A stretch of 63,790 nt of DNA, the filler included, from Basidiobolus ranarum (lineage: Eukaryota), in NCBI GenBank assembly GCA_040143965.1. It is 38 parts of 38 records of this genome, joined end to end, with 100 filler letters (N's around TTAATTAATTAA, not from the genome) between each part and the next. Parts side by side here need not be neighbours in the genome. Positions count along the whole stretch, not along the records: positions 1 to 1,590 come from JASJQH010004771.1; positions 1,691 to 3,280 come from JASJQH010004772.1; positions 3,381 to 4,969 come from JASJQH010004773.1; positions 5,070 to 6,657 come from JASJQH010004774.1; positions 6,758 to 8,345 come from JASJQH010004775.1; positions 8,446 to 10,032 come from JASJQH010004776.1; positions 10,133 to 11,719 come from JASJQH010004777.1; positions 11,820 to 13,406 come from JASJQH010004778.1; 30 more parts are not named here. One strand, 5' to 3'. Position numbers and translations under genes: made by a program. This document shows positions 1 to 12,069 of this stretch, one piece after another. Within the stretch, counting starts at the first letter, position 1, and every line of letters begins with the position of its first letter. The notes under the pieces are model-generated. The model did not search any database. It was not told the DNA's origin and saw only the letters and a list, made by a program, of their open reading frames with translations.

Positions 1-188
1 AGGCTGGCACAATATCTCTAATAAAATCATTGTGCCCAATTGTGGTGGGATAGTGCCATATTGTTCCTTATAGTGTCCAATTGAGTGTTTAACGACCCAG
101 CCATGGTAATTGACAGATTGTGCCAGATGGTATACTAGTATGCTGGATTGAGCGGCACAATCTGACCTGGTCCAATGGAACAAGTTTA
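1..188 (-). mobile_element. Terminus of putative hAT-like DNA transposon (family F)
   Basis: Same sequence at 11820-12069 and 39785-40330; all copies stop at the terminus TAGACTTGTTCCAT (one mismatch here); subterminal GGCAC/GTGCC repeats. Confidence 0.55.
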
Positions 189-295
189 TTTATTAACTTT
201 GTTCAAATGGATAATTCAATATTACATCTTCTGGTGCTTTTCATCCCCCTTAACCCTTACACAGCTGCCTGTGAAGCTACAAAAGAAGCAATATG

Positions 296-570
296 TGTTA
301 AGGTTTATTATCTTTATCATATTTGTTAACTCTATCTTTATACACCTAACTATTTCATATATCAAATATAAGTTAGTTAACATCACTTAGTCAAATATCA
401 CTTAACTGCAAATTGGAACATATATTATGAATATATGTGAATAATTTGAGAATTAGCAATTCCATATTAGAAATTTTAAACTCATTCAAATTGCTGCAAA
501 GGCAGCTCATTTTACTCCCACAGATGTTCTTAACACAACCCCAGTGTTAGTTTTCTGTATTTTCATCATT
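296..570 (+). mobile_element. Partial Copia LTR family A inserted in a Copia RNase H fragment
   Basis: Begins TGTTAAGG directly after AACEATKEAI-coding sequence; homologous to 45847-46224. Confidence 0.8.
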
Positions 571-867
571 ATTATTATACTCAAACTAAGGCCTACAGAT
601 AGTATGATAAAAAAATATCAGAGTTAGTCAAGTCCAGAGATGTTTGGTGCAATGATAACAAAAGATGTTAACTCAAAATGACCTCATAAGCCAACTAATA
701 TAAATTTCCTCTTGATCCAAATTTACAAAGTGATCAAGCTAAAATAATGAAGAAAGTAGCAATTCTATGTATGCTGCAACTAACATTCAGGCTACTGAAT
801 TGCCCAACACAGTGAGAGAAGTCATAGTACCTTAATGCTAAACTAGGAGATTGAATTAGATTTAAAC

Positions 868-1090
868 TGTTGATATTAGCTTTCCTTGACACCTATATAG
901 TTGTATATAGCTTAGTACTTAGTTATATCATATTTCACTAGGATATTACCTACTATTCTCAATTGCTATTTACTCCAAATATTGTGATAAACTTCTCAGA
1001 TATACAGATTTTTCAAACTTGTGCTAGAAGCCCCAAACTTTGCACACACATTCCTGGGATCTTCCTTAACACACTTTGCACATTAGCTTG
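868..1090 (+). mobile_element. Partial Copia LTR family B
   Basis: TGTTGATATTAGC start, homologous to the LTR beginning at 43622; interrupted by LTR family E. Confidence 0.8.
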
Positions 1091-1590
1091 TGTCATGATT
1101 CTGATCTTGGCATACTTATCTACCGCAAATAGAACTCCTATAGCATTAGATCATGATATCATATCTGCTGTGCCACACTCTCTTAGCAATCCTGTGCAAG
1201 TTCATCCTGGTTACCTTAAATAGAAGTCATATTTTTAGATCATTCCATGAAACCTAACCAATCATGCTATCCTGCATATAGTGTTTTTCTGCCAAGGCCT
1301 TCCATGGAAGGTAACCTGATCATCCTCACATCAACCTTAAATCATCCCTTTTTATATTGGTCCTTGTAGTCCCCAACACCCCAACACTTGAACCTGCTAC
1401 CATAAATTCCCTATTCAATATATTATGTTTCACCCTGCAGTATCTATATTAGCTCCATGTATTCCTTGATCAGACCTAAGTCTGATCAATGCCAGTTATT
1501 AATAAAGATTCTTGCCAAAGTATCTTCCTTGTCCAGTCTTGTCTTGTCTTGTCTTGTGGTCTACACCCAAGTACTCTCCTGCCTTCTGGC
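1091..1590 (+). mobile_element. LTR family E (probably Gypsy-type, >500 bp), partial
   Basis: Starts TGTCATGATTCTGATC; copies at 28260-28565(-), 32366-32510(-) and 46852-47041(+). Confidence 0.7.
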
Positions 1591-1690
1591 NNNNNNNNNN
1601 NNNNNNNNNNNNNNNNNNNNNNNNNNNNNNNNNNTTAATTAATTAANNNNNNNNNNNNNNNNNNNNNNNNNNNNNNNNNNNNNNNNNNNN
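1591..1690. other. Artificial contig-joining spacer (N44-TTAATTAATTAA-N44); first of 37 that recur every ~1.68 kb
   Basis: Identical 100-nt linker with stops in all six frames between unrelated sequences; contig lengths decrease steadily from 1590 to ~1573 bp. Confidence 0.99.
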
Positions 1691-1824
1691 TATCTACCAT
1701 GACAAGATCCATTACCGCCATAGTCCTTGGTATCATAGCTGCCACCGCATCCCCCGCCGTTGTTTCCCTCATATTCATTTTAATGACAACCACCCCCTTT
1801 ACCATTTACATTTACAGACTAAGA

Positions 1825-2400
1825 TTAGTCTTGACCTTGCCCGCCACCTTCGTATTCACCTTTACCTTCACCACTGTAATCTTTAGCATCATAGCTATCA
1901 GTACCACCACCGCCATTTCCACCATAATTTTCCTCATGACCTCCACCACCGCCTCCGTTTCCACTATAGCTTTCCTCATGGCCTCCATCACCACCACCGT
2001 TTCCACCATAACTGTCTTCGCGATTACCTTCATACTCCTTCGTATCGTAGGTATCACCACTACCGCCACCGTTTCCACCATAACTTTCCTCATGGCCTCC
2101 ACCACCACCATTTCCACCATAGCTCTCTTCGTGGTCACCTTCATAGTCCTTTGTGTCGTAGTTATCACCACCACCACCACCGTTTCCATCATAATTCTCT
2201 TCATGGTCACCCTCATATTCCTTTGTGTCGTAACTATTACCGTTGCCACCACCACCGCTTCCACCATAGCTTTCCTTATGCCCATTACCACCACCTTCAC
2301 CAGAATAGTCTTTAACGTCGTAACTACCAGAATTGCTACCCGTGGGAAGAGCAGAAATGGAAGCAACATATAGTAGAGCTGTAACAAGTGTCACTTTCAT
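1825..2400 (-). CDS. Secreted Gly/Glu/Tyr-rich repeat protein (cell-wall or structural type), 191 aa
   Basis: Signal-peptide-like N-terminus MKVTLVTALLYVASISALP; repeats YGGNGGGGGHEES and YDTKEYEG. Confidence 0.85.
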   Translation of the reverse strand: MKVTLVTALLYVASISALPTGSNSGSYDVKDYSGEGGGNGHKESYGGSGGGGNGNSYDTKEYEGDHEENYDGNGGGGGDNYDTKDYEGDHEESYGGNGGGGGHEESYGGNGGGSGDTYDTKEYEGNREDSYGGNGGGDGGHEESYSGNGGGGGGHEENYGGNGGGGTDSYDAKDYSGEGKGEYEGGGQGQD

Positions 2401-3060
2401 TTTAGTACCGATTTGCTTAGTTGGAGGGTATAGTGTGTGTGTAGTGAATCGTTGTAGTGAACGTGTATACTATCATCAGAGATTACTTTCCATTTTATAT
2501 GTTCTTAATGTGATTAAAGAAGTAGCTCCTATATGTTCATACTATCGTCACTTGAGGTACCTACCGATATTGTTATGCAAACGAGTCACTGTTCTGCATT
2601 TACCTACGCTAATTAGGTTGTGTACGCTGCATACATCTCCTTTTCAATTGGCTCTACTATATAGCATAGTTTATTCGTATTTCTCTATTTTTATTTCTAA
2701 TTCGAATAATTACAGCAAACTTAATCACATCATATTTATAAATGAGCTAGAATTATCGACAGGGAGGGTCAACAATGGAGCATGTAAATGACCAGAACAA
2801 TAATAAACCAAGCATTATTTTTGATGGTTGTATGATTTGTTATTACTAATTCAAATGCATAACTGATAGCCACACGATGTGATGAAATAAATTTATTGAG
2901 ATGTAAGTTTAGTGAACACGTCAAGGTGAATATACCAATCACGAAGTAAAGGGAATACAACAATACATGCTATTTTGATATATGGAGTAGAGGTTGTAGA
3001 ATGGAAATGTTCTTTATGTCTGGGAATTCTCTATTGGCAAGGCAAGCGTGTATTGGTATC

Positions 3061-3280
3061 TTAATTCTTTTTGACTGCGAGGAAACGAGCGATGTTTCGT
3101 TTCTGGATTGCTCTCTTGTAGCTACCATGACCAGCTCCATTACCGCCATAGTCCTTGGTATCATAGCTGCCACCGCTTCCACCGCCGTTGTTTCCCTCAT
3201 ATTCTTTTTCATGACTACCACCACCTTTACCATTGCCATTTCCAGAGGATGATTAACTATGGCCTTGCCCGCCGCCTTCA
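3061..3280 (-). CDS. 3' end of a tandem paralogue of the Gly-rich protein (TAA at 3253-3255, then 63 more in-frame repeat codons)
   Basis: Nucleotide similarity to 1691-1855; translates EGGGQGHS*SSSGNGNGKGGGSHEKEYEG...KRAIQKRNIARFLAVKKN*. Confidence 0.7.
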
Positions 3281-3380
3281 NNNNNNNNNNNNNNNNNNNN
3301 NNNNNNNNNNNNNNNNNNNNNNNNTTAATTAATTAANNNNNNNNNNNNNNNNNNNNNNNNNNNNNNNNNNNNNNNNNNNN

Positions 3381-4678
3381 GAACTTGCTTCAGAAAGCTT
3401 AGCCCTGAGGAGAAATATTGACACCAACAAGAGAATCTATGCCTCTATTGTGGAGCTCCTGGACATGCAGCATGAACCTGTCCAAAAAAGAATTCTGAAT
3501 TTAAGATCATCAATATGCAAGTAGAAGAGAACTCTTCCCAACCCTCAGAAAACTTCAATGCCCAGCTGAAATAATGGGCATGCAGTTGGGCAAACCATTG
3601 TCAAAAATGTATCTTCACCATATATTGCAATCTCTGCAGTCATACAAATCATTAAAGCTGCCCATTACACTCCTGCTACCAAATTCCAAGTCAATAAAAA
3701 CAACTCCACTTCTTGATTCAGGTGCTTCCTCCTGTTTTATTGACTCTGCCTTTGTAAAATCCCACTCTATCCCAACAATCAAGAAATCTAGTCCAGTCCT
3801 TGTAGAAGTAATTGATGGAAGGCTGCTACCATCAGGTGCTGTAACACTTGAGACAACCTTTATGACACTCACGTCCACTGCTCTTCAAGAAAAAATAGCC
3901 TTTAATATTATTTCTTCACCTCACCACCCAGTCATCCTTGGTATCTCTTGGCTCATGCAGCATAACCCAGTAATCAATTGGAAGACAAAGATTATCATGC
4001 TCTAGCAAACTCCACCTCCTAGTCTATATTTGCCAACCTGCAAAGTATGCAACTCATCATCAGCTCAGCTCCTAAAAACATCTATGAAGCCAATATCCAT
4101 TGACAGTATTGCTGAAGAGCTGAAACCAATGAAACCTATGGTTCATAAGCTCCCACCCAAATGCCAATCCTTTGCTGATGTCTTTGACAAGAAGAAATTT
4201 GATATAATCCTAGCTCACTGCCCATATGATTGCCCTATATATCTACAAGAAGGAAAACAACCACCATTAGGGCCTATATATGGGCTGACCCAGCCAGAAT
4301 GCAACATTCTGAAAGAGTACATTGCAGAAAATCTGGAGAAAGTATTTATCAAACATTCAAAGTCCCCAGCAGGCTCTCCAGTCTTATTTGTTATGAAAAA
4401 GGATGGATCTCTTTATCTCTGTGTTGATTATTGAGGCCTAAATAGCATTACAGTCAAAAATTGGTACCCCTTGCCATTAATCAACTCTCTCTTGGATCAG
4501 CTTGCTTCAGCCAAGATGTTTACAAAGATTGATCTAAGAGGTGCTTACAATCTTGTAAGAATCAAACCAGGAGACCAATGGAAAACTGCCTTTCAAGCTT
4601 GCTATGGACACTATGAATACAATGTCACGCTATTTGGACTTACCAATGCCCCTGCAGTCTTTCAACACATGATGAATG
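3381..4678 (+). mobile_element. Decayed Ty3/Gypsy (Tf2/chromovirus-like) gag end, protease and RT
   Basis: Zn knuckle CLYCGAPGH; protease LLDSGAS; RT motifs [40 protein letters not shown]; in-frame stops. Confidence 0.93.
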
Positions 4679-4969
4679 TGTTGAAGTTTATTGTCTATAA
4701 CATATTTGTTATCTCTATCTTTACACACCTAACTATTTCATATATCACATATAAGTTAGTTAACATTACTTAGTCAAATATCACTCAGCTGAAAACGGGA
4801 ACATATATTATATATATGTGAATAATGTGAGAATTAGCAATTCCATATTGGAAATTTCAAACTCATCCAAATTGCCCAGAGATAGCTCAAATTAAACCCA
4901 CAGATGTTCTGAACACAACCTCAGTGTTAGTTTTTTGTATTTCCATCAAAATGTAAAATGCTTTATTTT
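4679..4969 (+). mobile_element. Copia LTR family A inserted into the Gypsy RT
   Basis: TGTTGAAGTTTATTG start immediately after FQHMMN-coding sequence. Confidence 0.85.
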
Positions 4970-6171
4970 NNNNNNNNNNNNNNNNNNNNNNNNNNNNNNN
5001 NNNNNNNNNNNNNTTAATTAATTAANNNNNNNNNNNNNNNNNNNNNNNNNNNNNNNNNNNNNNNNNNNNGCTTATGCCTCCATTTTAAAGACTGGTAATG
5101 GCAATCAGTAAATTGGATCCGGCTATCAAGTACCATAATAACAGCTGTACTTTTTACAATTACGCCAATTGCCCATCGGAGATATATACACCTGCATAAC
5201 CTATTTATAAAGTAACTGCTCTTGTAACAAGTAGAGTTCTTTAGCATCTCCTCCAGCAATGACTTATACCTTGTTTATACAGAGTTCTTTGGAATTTCAT
5301 TGTTCCCTTATTTTTCACTCTCTCTTATGCTATTGATTTTTTCACTCTTCATACCTTTGTAAGTCAACATTCACATCCTCATCTATATTGACTAAAATCG
5401 CTACTTTGCAACAATTTTCTAAAAATCTAATAATTCACGGTTGGATTTACATAGATTCAACTGTGGTCAGAGCAATTCGTTTCCTAGTCGCCACCTTCTA
5501 TTGATAAACTTGATTCTGCCAAAGGTATCTGAAATAATAGATAAATATAGTCGAAAATACTTCAACTCTGGATCGGTTATTTTCATGAAAAGCCGACGAA
5601 AATATTTATTAAGTGAACAAAATAGGTTAGCTGGGTTTCAGATAAGCTCCAGTTATCATCATGTCATCTGATACGAACCCTTCAGTTTCCACTTGAAATC
5701 ATGCACTTCCAAGATTTAAGGTTCCGATAAATTCAGTAACCAATTAGAGTCCAATGGAACCAATCTATGAGAGTTGAAGTAACCCATTCTCTTTTCTATG
5801 TTACTATAACAAATATGTTCCAAAGCGAACCAACGTGCAGATGGAATGAATTTGATTTGTCTACATATTTGTCTCACAAAAATCATGCATATCCACTATT
5901 TGAAATTTGTCTAATACGAACTTTCCGTTACAGCTAGAGGCTACTAAGAACTCCAAAATAGTTTGTGGAGTTCGCCTTGGGAAAAGAAGTAGGCAGTAAA
6001 GTAATGAAAAAAAATGATTCATCAGGGGCCATCATAGAATAGAAGGGTGGCTTTTCGCTTATCTGATAAATGATTCATTTTTGATCAATATTTAAGAAAC
6101 ACTCCAACTACTTAGACAGTCAAAAAAGCAACCATCAAAGCAATCAGTTGAATTGTCAGAAATCCTCCATC

Positions 6172-6657
6172 ATGCATATCAGTTTGAAAGCTTTGAGCCT
6201 TATAGCTGCTTTGAGTACGTTGAATACCAATGTCATAGCCGACCAGTTCACTAGATTTCCTGGATGTCCAGATAAAGCATGCATTATCCCACCTTCTAGG
6301 TAAGCATACATCACTGAGCATACATTTGACAAATTATTCATTTGTAATTCTTCTTAACATCTTGCTAACTATTTATATTCTACTAGTGCTGAAATGCTCT
6401 TGGGTGCCAACTTCGATGTTAGAATCGAGATTCATGACGAAGCTCCCGCACCAGGAGGAGTTGCTGGTCAACCCAATCCTAATTTCGAGGTGACCATTAC
6501 CAAAGTTCGCTTGAATGATGATGGTAAAATCATTAGCGAGTCTAATCCTGTTCCCTTGGCTCAGTACCTTCGCTTGAAGCCAGTTCCATTGGAATCTTGG
6601 AACTTCACTTACTATCAAGATGCTGCTCACTTCTGGAAGGGCCAGAGTGGAGATAAG
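6172..6657 (+). CDS. Secreted fungal alkaline-phosphatase-like protein, N-terminal part (exon 6172-6299, intron 6300-6386, exon 6387 to contig end)
   Basis: Spliced product MHISLKALSLIAALSTLNTNVIADQFTRFPGCPDKACIIPPSSAEMLLGANFDVRIEIH...ESWNFTYYQD resembles the N-terminal domain of fungal alkaline phosphatases; GTAAGC...GCTAAC...TAG intron restores frame; catalytic region not present. Confidence 0.65.
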
Positions 6658-6827
6658 NNNNNNNNNNNNNNNNNNNNNNNNNNNNNNNNNNNNNNNNNNN
6701 NTTAATTAATTAANNNNNNNNNNNNNNNNNNNNNNNNNNNNNNNNNNNNNNNNNNNNTAGTAAATTTTCCTTGGATTTTATTTAGCAATGGACATGTCTG
6801 TAACGGCATTTTGAACTATTTTTGCAG

Positions 6828-7521
6828 AATCCAAGAGCTTGTTCAAAATCACGACTGTAAATAGAAGCATTGAGAAGTTTGTTTTAGAAGCGACTAGTGA
6901 ACAAGATCGAGCACGCTGGATAGAAAAGATCAACCAAATCATTCCTCTCCACACTAGACGCAAATCTGATTCTGGTAAATGCATCTTTTGGTCTAGATTC
7001 ACGAATCAATCCAACATTAACCACTCTGATATTGACTCTTTCCATATGAGAAGACTACGGGCTACTGCAAAATTGTGAGCCTCATGTCGACTGCCCTCTG
7101 CTTATAAAAGATCTTGGAAGTGTTAAAGTTAATCTCCATGCATCGGGGGATTCCTTTTCAATGCTGACCAAGGACAAGTTTCTTGAAGAGTTGCAAGAGC
7201 ATGGTATGTAGCACTCATTCTGAATATTAAATTGTGTTAAGCATAAACTTATTCCATATTTGCTGCCCAGATGCATGCTTTTTACAAGAGTACCGAGCAG
7301 TATTGCCGTTCTGGATCCATTTGCAAACGTGCAACGAATCTTTGAATCACTCTCATACGATACGCTTAATGCCGAAGAAGTCCAAATCAAATGAAAGGTT
7401 CTGGATTGCTCCTACTTCAATGCCTGGTAGAAGAGCTCTACCGGATGTACCTATATCAGCCCCCTTATCTGGCAGAAAGTCACTTCCTGTCCCTCCTCAG
7501 CCCAAGATCACAAACCTGTAG
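6828..7521 (+). CDS. 3' exons of a PH-domain protein with Pro-rich C-terminus
   Basis: FVLEATSEQDRARWIEKINQ is a typical PH C-terminal helix; GT-AG introns near 6975 and 7205; RRALPDVP and KSLPVPP PxxP motifs. Confidence 0.55.
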
Positions 7522-7991
7522 AATACTTCGAGGTCGTATGTACATTTCAACACAAGCCAATTAGACAGCATCTTAACTCAACATCACCAAAAAAGATATT
7601 TATAAAATTAACAAAATCCAACATATTGTATAACAGCTTATTCCTGATATGAGCATGTGTAATCATTAAAGCACCGGCTTTCTCTAGGTCTTAGCTTATC
7701 AGATATAGGACTGAACATTTACAGATGAGGACTAAGAAAGAATTTCTGTTACTGATTGAAGCGTCTAGCTCTATACTGAATTTGGTACCCAACAATGTCT
7801 AGAATCTACGGCACTAGTCAATAAATTTAAGTCAAGATTGACGACTGCGCCCACTAGTAGCCCTTAATTAGGTATCAACAATTCTATTTATTTATTACTC
7901 TATATCTATAAACAAGGTGGGTTGCAAAGGAATATCTACATTATTGCTTTCTAAAGGTAATCGGGTATATGAGGCGATATACAAGATGTGA

Positions 7992-8345
7992 TTAACAATA
8001 TGTAGGATGACCTGCAGTTACGTAAGGTTTGGAATAATAATAGCTGGAACTATGAGATATGCTCTTCATCAGCTCAGAGAAGCTGGGAAGCTTGATGGCA
8101 TTTTCCTCTAGATTTGTACGATAAGAGGTATATGATCCCTGAAGAGTGTTCAGTTGATTATAAGGGTGATACTCTTTGATTACGTCTTCCGAGTCGGAAG
8201 AACACGAGGAGAGGGCCGGGCTCAAACTAGGGCTAGGTATAAGCTCTGACATGTAAGTTAATTGGGTTCTTGGTTTGCCAGGTGACTGGCTATTAGTACG
8301 TGGTTTCTTTCTAGACTTGTTGTGAATACGTTGATGTCTGACAAG
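7992..8345 (-). CDS. C-terminal part of a C2H2 zinc-finger transcription factor (Nrg1/CreA-like layout)
   Basis: Frame is open from the contig edge: LVRHQRIHNKSRKKPR..., then a Ser/Pro-rich region and an LPSFSEL motif. Confidence 0.7.
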   Translation of the reverse strand, partial: LVRHQRIHNKSRKKPRTNSQSPGKPRTQLTYMSELIPSPSLSPALSSCSSDSEDVIKEYHPYNQLNTLQGSYTSYRTNLEENAIKLPSFSELMKSISHSSSYYYSKPYVTAGHPTYC

Positions 8346-8445
8346 NNNNNNNNNNNNNNNNNNNNNNNNNNNNNNNNNNNNNNNNNNNNTTAATTAATTA
8401 ANNNNNNNNNNNNNNNNNNNNNNNNNNNNNNNNNNNNNNNNNNNN

Positions 8446-8546
8446 AAGGTCATAAAAAACCTTTTTCCAACTATGGATTTTGTCTGCATTGGGCCACACA
8501 GATCTGAATGTATCAGGCCCAATTTTTTATCAATTTTGCTTGTTCC
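8446..8546 (-). mobile_element. Copia integrase fragment acting as target of a nested Copia insertion
   Basis: LGLIHSDLCGPMQTKS integrase motif directly after the LTR A end. Confidence 0.85.
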
Positions 8547-10032
8547 TATTGGGAAGAAATAGGCTGTTTGGAGCAACTTTAAAAAGTGGAGTTGTGAATA
8601 GCTTTGTGTGATAATTATTTATTGTCTAGAAATAGAGCATTTATACATTTAGGTAGAAATATAGAAAACTAACACTGGGGTTGCATTCAAAATATCTGTG
8701 GGAGTCAAATGAGCTATCTCTGGCACAATTTGGACCAGTTTGAAATTTCCAATATTTAATAGCTAATTCTCACTTTATTCACATATATATATAATATCTA
8801 TGTTCCAATTTTCAGTTAAGTGATATTTGACCTAGTAATGTTAACTAACTGATATGTGATATATGAAATAGTTAGGTGTATAAAGATAGAGATAACAAAT
8901 ATGATAAAGACAATAAGCTTCAACACTCCCATTCAACTAAACATTCATATATCTTAGTCCTAACTTAAGTCTTAATTCTTCCAATTTTGGCTTGGGTAAT
9001 GGTTAGGTAAGTATGTCAGCAATCATGTCCTCAGTTGGACAGTACTCCAGTTGGACATGCTTATTCTCAATAGCTTTTCTAACAAAGTGATTTTGGTAGC
9101 TTACATGTCCTCAGGGTTCTCACTATCCACAAAACCATCAGGTTGATCCACAAATATATTCTGTTGCAAGTCCTCATTCAAAAAAGCAGTTTTAATATCC
9201 ATTTGATGAATTTTTCAGCTGCATTCTGCTGCTACAGCTAGTACAGTTCTGATGGAATTGAACTTTGCTACAGGAGCAAATGTTTCATTGTAGTACACAC
9301 CTTCCATTTTACAGTATCCCTTAGCCACTAGTCTGGCTTTATATTCTTCTACAGATCTATCAGCTTGCTGTTTAACTTTAAACACCCATTTGCATCCAAT
9401 TGATTTTTGGTCATCTGGTAACCTAACCAAAGTCCAAGTTTGGTTATCTATGAGTGACTGATACTCCTCAGCCATTTCAGCACTCCAAAACTTTGTGTTG
9501 GGAATCTCCATAGCCTCCTGTACTGATATGGGCTTATTGGAAATGGCCAAATTAGCACTAGGTTCCTTTTGGCTAGTGTGGGAGTAGTAACCAGGTGGAG
9601 ATCTCATCCAATTGGACCTCCTAAGAGGGGAAATTAGCACTTCACTTCTGGTACCAATTTAGGCAATGAAACCACATCAGGCTTGGTTGAGGAGACTGCA
9701 GGTGAGGAATTTTGAATGTTTGTCTCACTGATCAGGATCTGGTGACAAAAAGAACAATTTTCATCAATTTTTGGTTGTTTTTCTTGATCCTGGATTTTTT
9801 TGATTGGAAATTTTTCTTGTTCAGCAAATTCCACTTCCCTTGACTTAATTAGCCTCTTATTTTCAGTGTCATATAGGCTGCACCCTTTTGTTCTGTCACA
9901 ATATCCCAAAAAAAGATATTTCTGGCTTTTTTGCTCTAATTTTGATCTTTTCTGGTCTGGAATCTTTGAATATGTGGTACCTCTAAAAACTCTCAGATTA
10001 GCAACATCAGGCTTACTTCAAAACCGACCTAC
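8547..10032 (-). mobile_element. Copia family A 3' half: integrase C-term, RT with large internal deletion, RNase H end, PPT, 3' LTR (8547-8925)
   Basis: IGCKWVFKVK, YKARLVAKG, ETFAPVAK, DMIADILT; GAATGGGAG purine tract then TGTTGAAGC...CCCAATA. Confidence 0.92.
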
Positions 10033-10413
10033 NNNNNNNNNNNNNNNNNNNNNNNNNNNNNNNNNNNNNNNNNNNNTTAATTAATTAANNNNNNNNNNNN
10101 NNNNNNNNNNNNNNNNNNNNNNNNNNNNNNNNGTGAGAGGCTTACCTGACATTGATGGCTCGCATCACATATCCCTTTATCACTTACAAGGGATCTTTCC
10201 TATAATTTACTATTTAAAAAGAAACCCATTCTTTCCATTCCTAATACGATCAGTGTGACGGTTTTCTCTTGATTCTTTCTTTTCCCTTTTGATTTAGACA
10301 CTTTCCTCTCACCTACACCTTACCTTTCCGTTGGCTTTAGGTTTATCTAATCATCATCGATTCTCTTCCCCTTCTCCCACCTTCAATTGAGTATTTATTC
10401 GTCTGAGAAAATA

Positions 10414-11719
10414 ATGAGTGGAAATAACGACGATTTGGAACTCTCCTTCGAGAATGTCATGTTTGAAGATGAAGTACAGAACGATTCTCCCTCACCAGAC
10501 TCTGAGACTCATAGTGAGACAGCTGAATCACCCATTTCTGGGAAAGAGGAAGAAAAGAATGGGGAAAGGGAAAGTTCAAGTGAAGGTAATCCCGAAGCAA
10601 ATAAGATAAAGGTATAGTTGAAACCATAAACGTATCCACTCAAGTTCATGGTTCTCTTAACTAAAGCTTATTTCAGATTGAAATTGACCCTATCCATGGT
10701 GATATCATTACTACAGCAATTGTCATCAAAAATATCCCATTTTCAGTTAAAAGAGATGCGTTACTATCCTCTATGGTACAGTTGACTTCTTGGTAATCTT
10801 TGGGTTTTCTATTTTATTCTAAACTACCTCATTTATTAGCTCGCCCTAGAATTGCCAAAGCCATATGCTTTGAATTATCACTATGATAATGGGGCCTTCC
10901 GAGGATTAGCTTTTGCGAACTTTAAAACTCCAGAGGAAACCGACCAAGTGATCGCAGCCTTCAATGGTCATGATATTGGTGGAAGGAAGTTGAAAGTGGA
11001 ACACAAACGTACAGTCATGGGTGGCGTAGAGAACAAAAAGGAGACTGACAAATTAAGCGTAGAAAAACCTACCAAAAAAGAGAAACTAAAGAAAGGGGAT
11101 AAGAAATCCAAATCAGTCCCAACTTCCCCTATGACAGGTAATGTTAATTTCGATGAATCTCGATGAATGATTAAATCATGTCTAACCTTTCTCTCCTAGA
11201 CTCCAGTAACTTGCTAGAATTAATTGAGGACCCTGATACACGTGAAATTTACAATAAAATAGTGTCTTTCAGGGACGATATGTCCAAAGAAGAGCTGACC
11301 ATTTTCCTGTCAAGCACGCCAGTGTCTAAGAAGATAATCCATACGTTGGCTCAAAGATTAGGCATGCTACACAAAAGTGATGTAGAAGGTAACCAAAAAT
11401 GCTCCAAAGTTTACCGTAAAGCCGCTCCCATCAAAACCCAGGTGCTTAGAAAGCAGCCCATTCCCATTGCTCGCTCGCGACTATCTCCAAGTCCAGCTTC
11501 CAAATTCTCCAGAAGTATGGGTGATCTTGGACAATATTCACCTTCCTCTCGTTCACCTTTCCGAAGCAGCTTTAAACTACCCGATGGGTTCCCTTCTGTT
11601 GTTCCCATTCGTCAACCAAAGGGGCCTGATCTTGATCGAAATTTCGCTAATCGTAGTCGTAAGGTGATCGTTAGTAACCTGAATCCTACTTTCACACTCA
11701 CTCCAGCAGAAAATAACAC
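10414..11719 (+). CDS. PIN4: Pin4/Cip1/Cip2-like RNA-binding protein (RRM + R3H), three introns, 3' truncated
   Basis: TAIVIKNIPF, PYALNYHYDNGAFRGLAFANF, GRKLKVEHKR; R3H-like IIHTLAQRLGMLHKS; QPKGPD motif; introns at approximately 10612-10676, 10776-10839 and 11139-11199. Confidence 0.85.
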
Positions 11720-11819
11720 NNNNNNNNNNNNNNNNNNNNNNNNNNNNNNNNNNNNNNNNNNNNTTAATTAATTAANNNNNNNNNNNNNNNNNNNNNNNNN
11801 NNNNNNNNNNNNNNNNNNN

Positions 11820-12069
11820 AACTTACTTTGTCAGTTACCCAAAATTGTAATTTGGCAATACTAAATTGGGTAACTTGGTATGGGCTGGCACAATATCTCA
11901 AATAAAATCATTGTGTCCAATTGTGGTGGGATAGTGCCATATTGTTGCTTATAGTGTATGATTGAGTGTTATAGGACCCGGCCATGGTAATTGACAGATT
12001 GTGCCAGATGGTGTACTAGCAGGCTGGATCAAGCCACACAATCTGACCAGGTCCAATGGAACAAGTCTA
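11820..12069 (-). mobile_element. Family F (hAT-like) terminus inserted in the CMC element second ORF
   Basis: Ends ATGGAACAAGTCTA; homologous to 1-188. Confidence 0.55.

Noticed and set aside
1699-2387. Long overlapping ORFs 1699-2373(+) and 1812-2387(-), Thr/Ile- or Val/Met-rich
   Set aside because: Shadow frames of the Gly-rich repeat gene; no independent protein features
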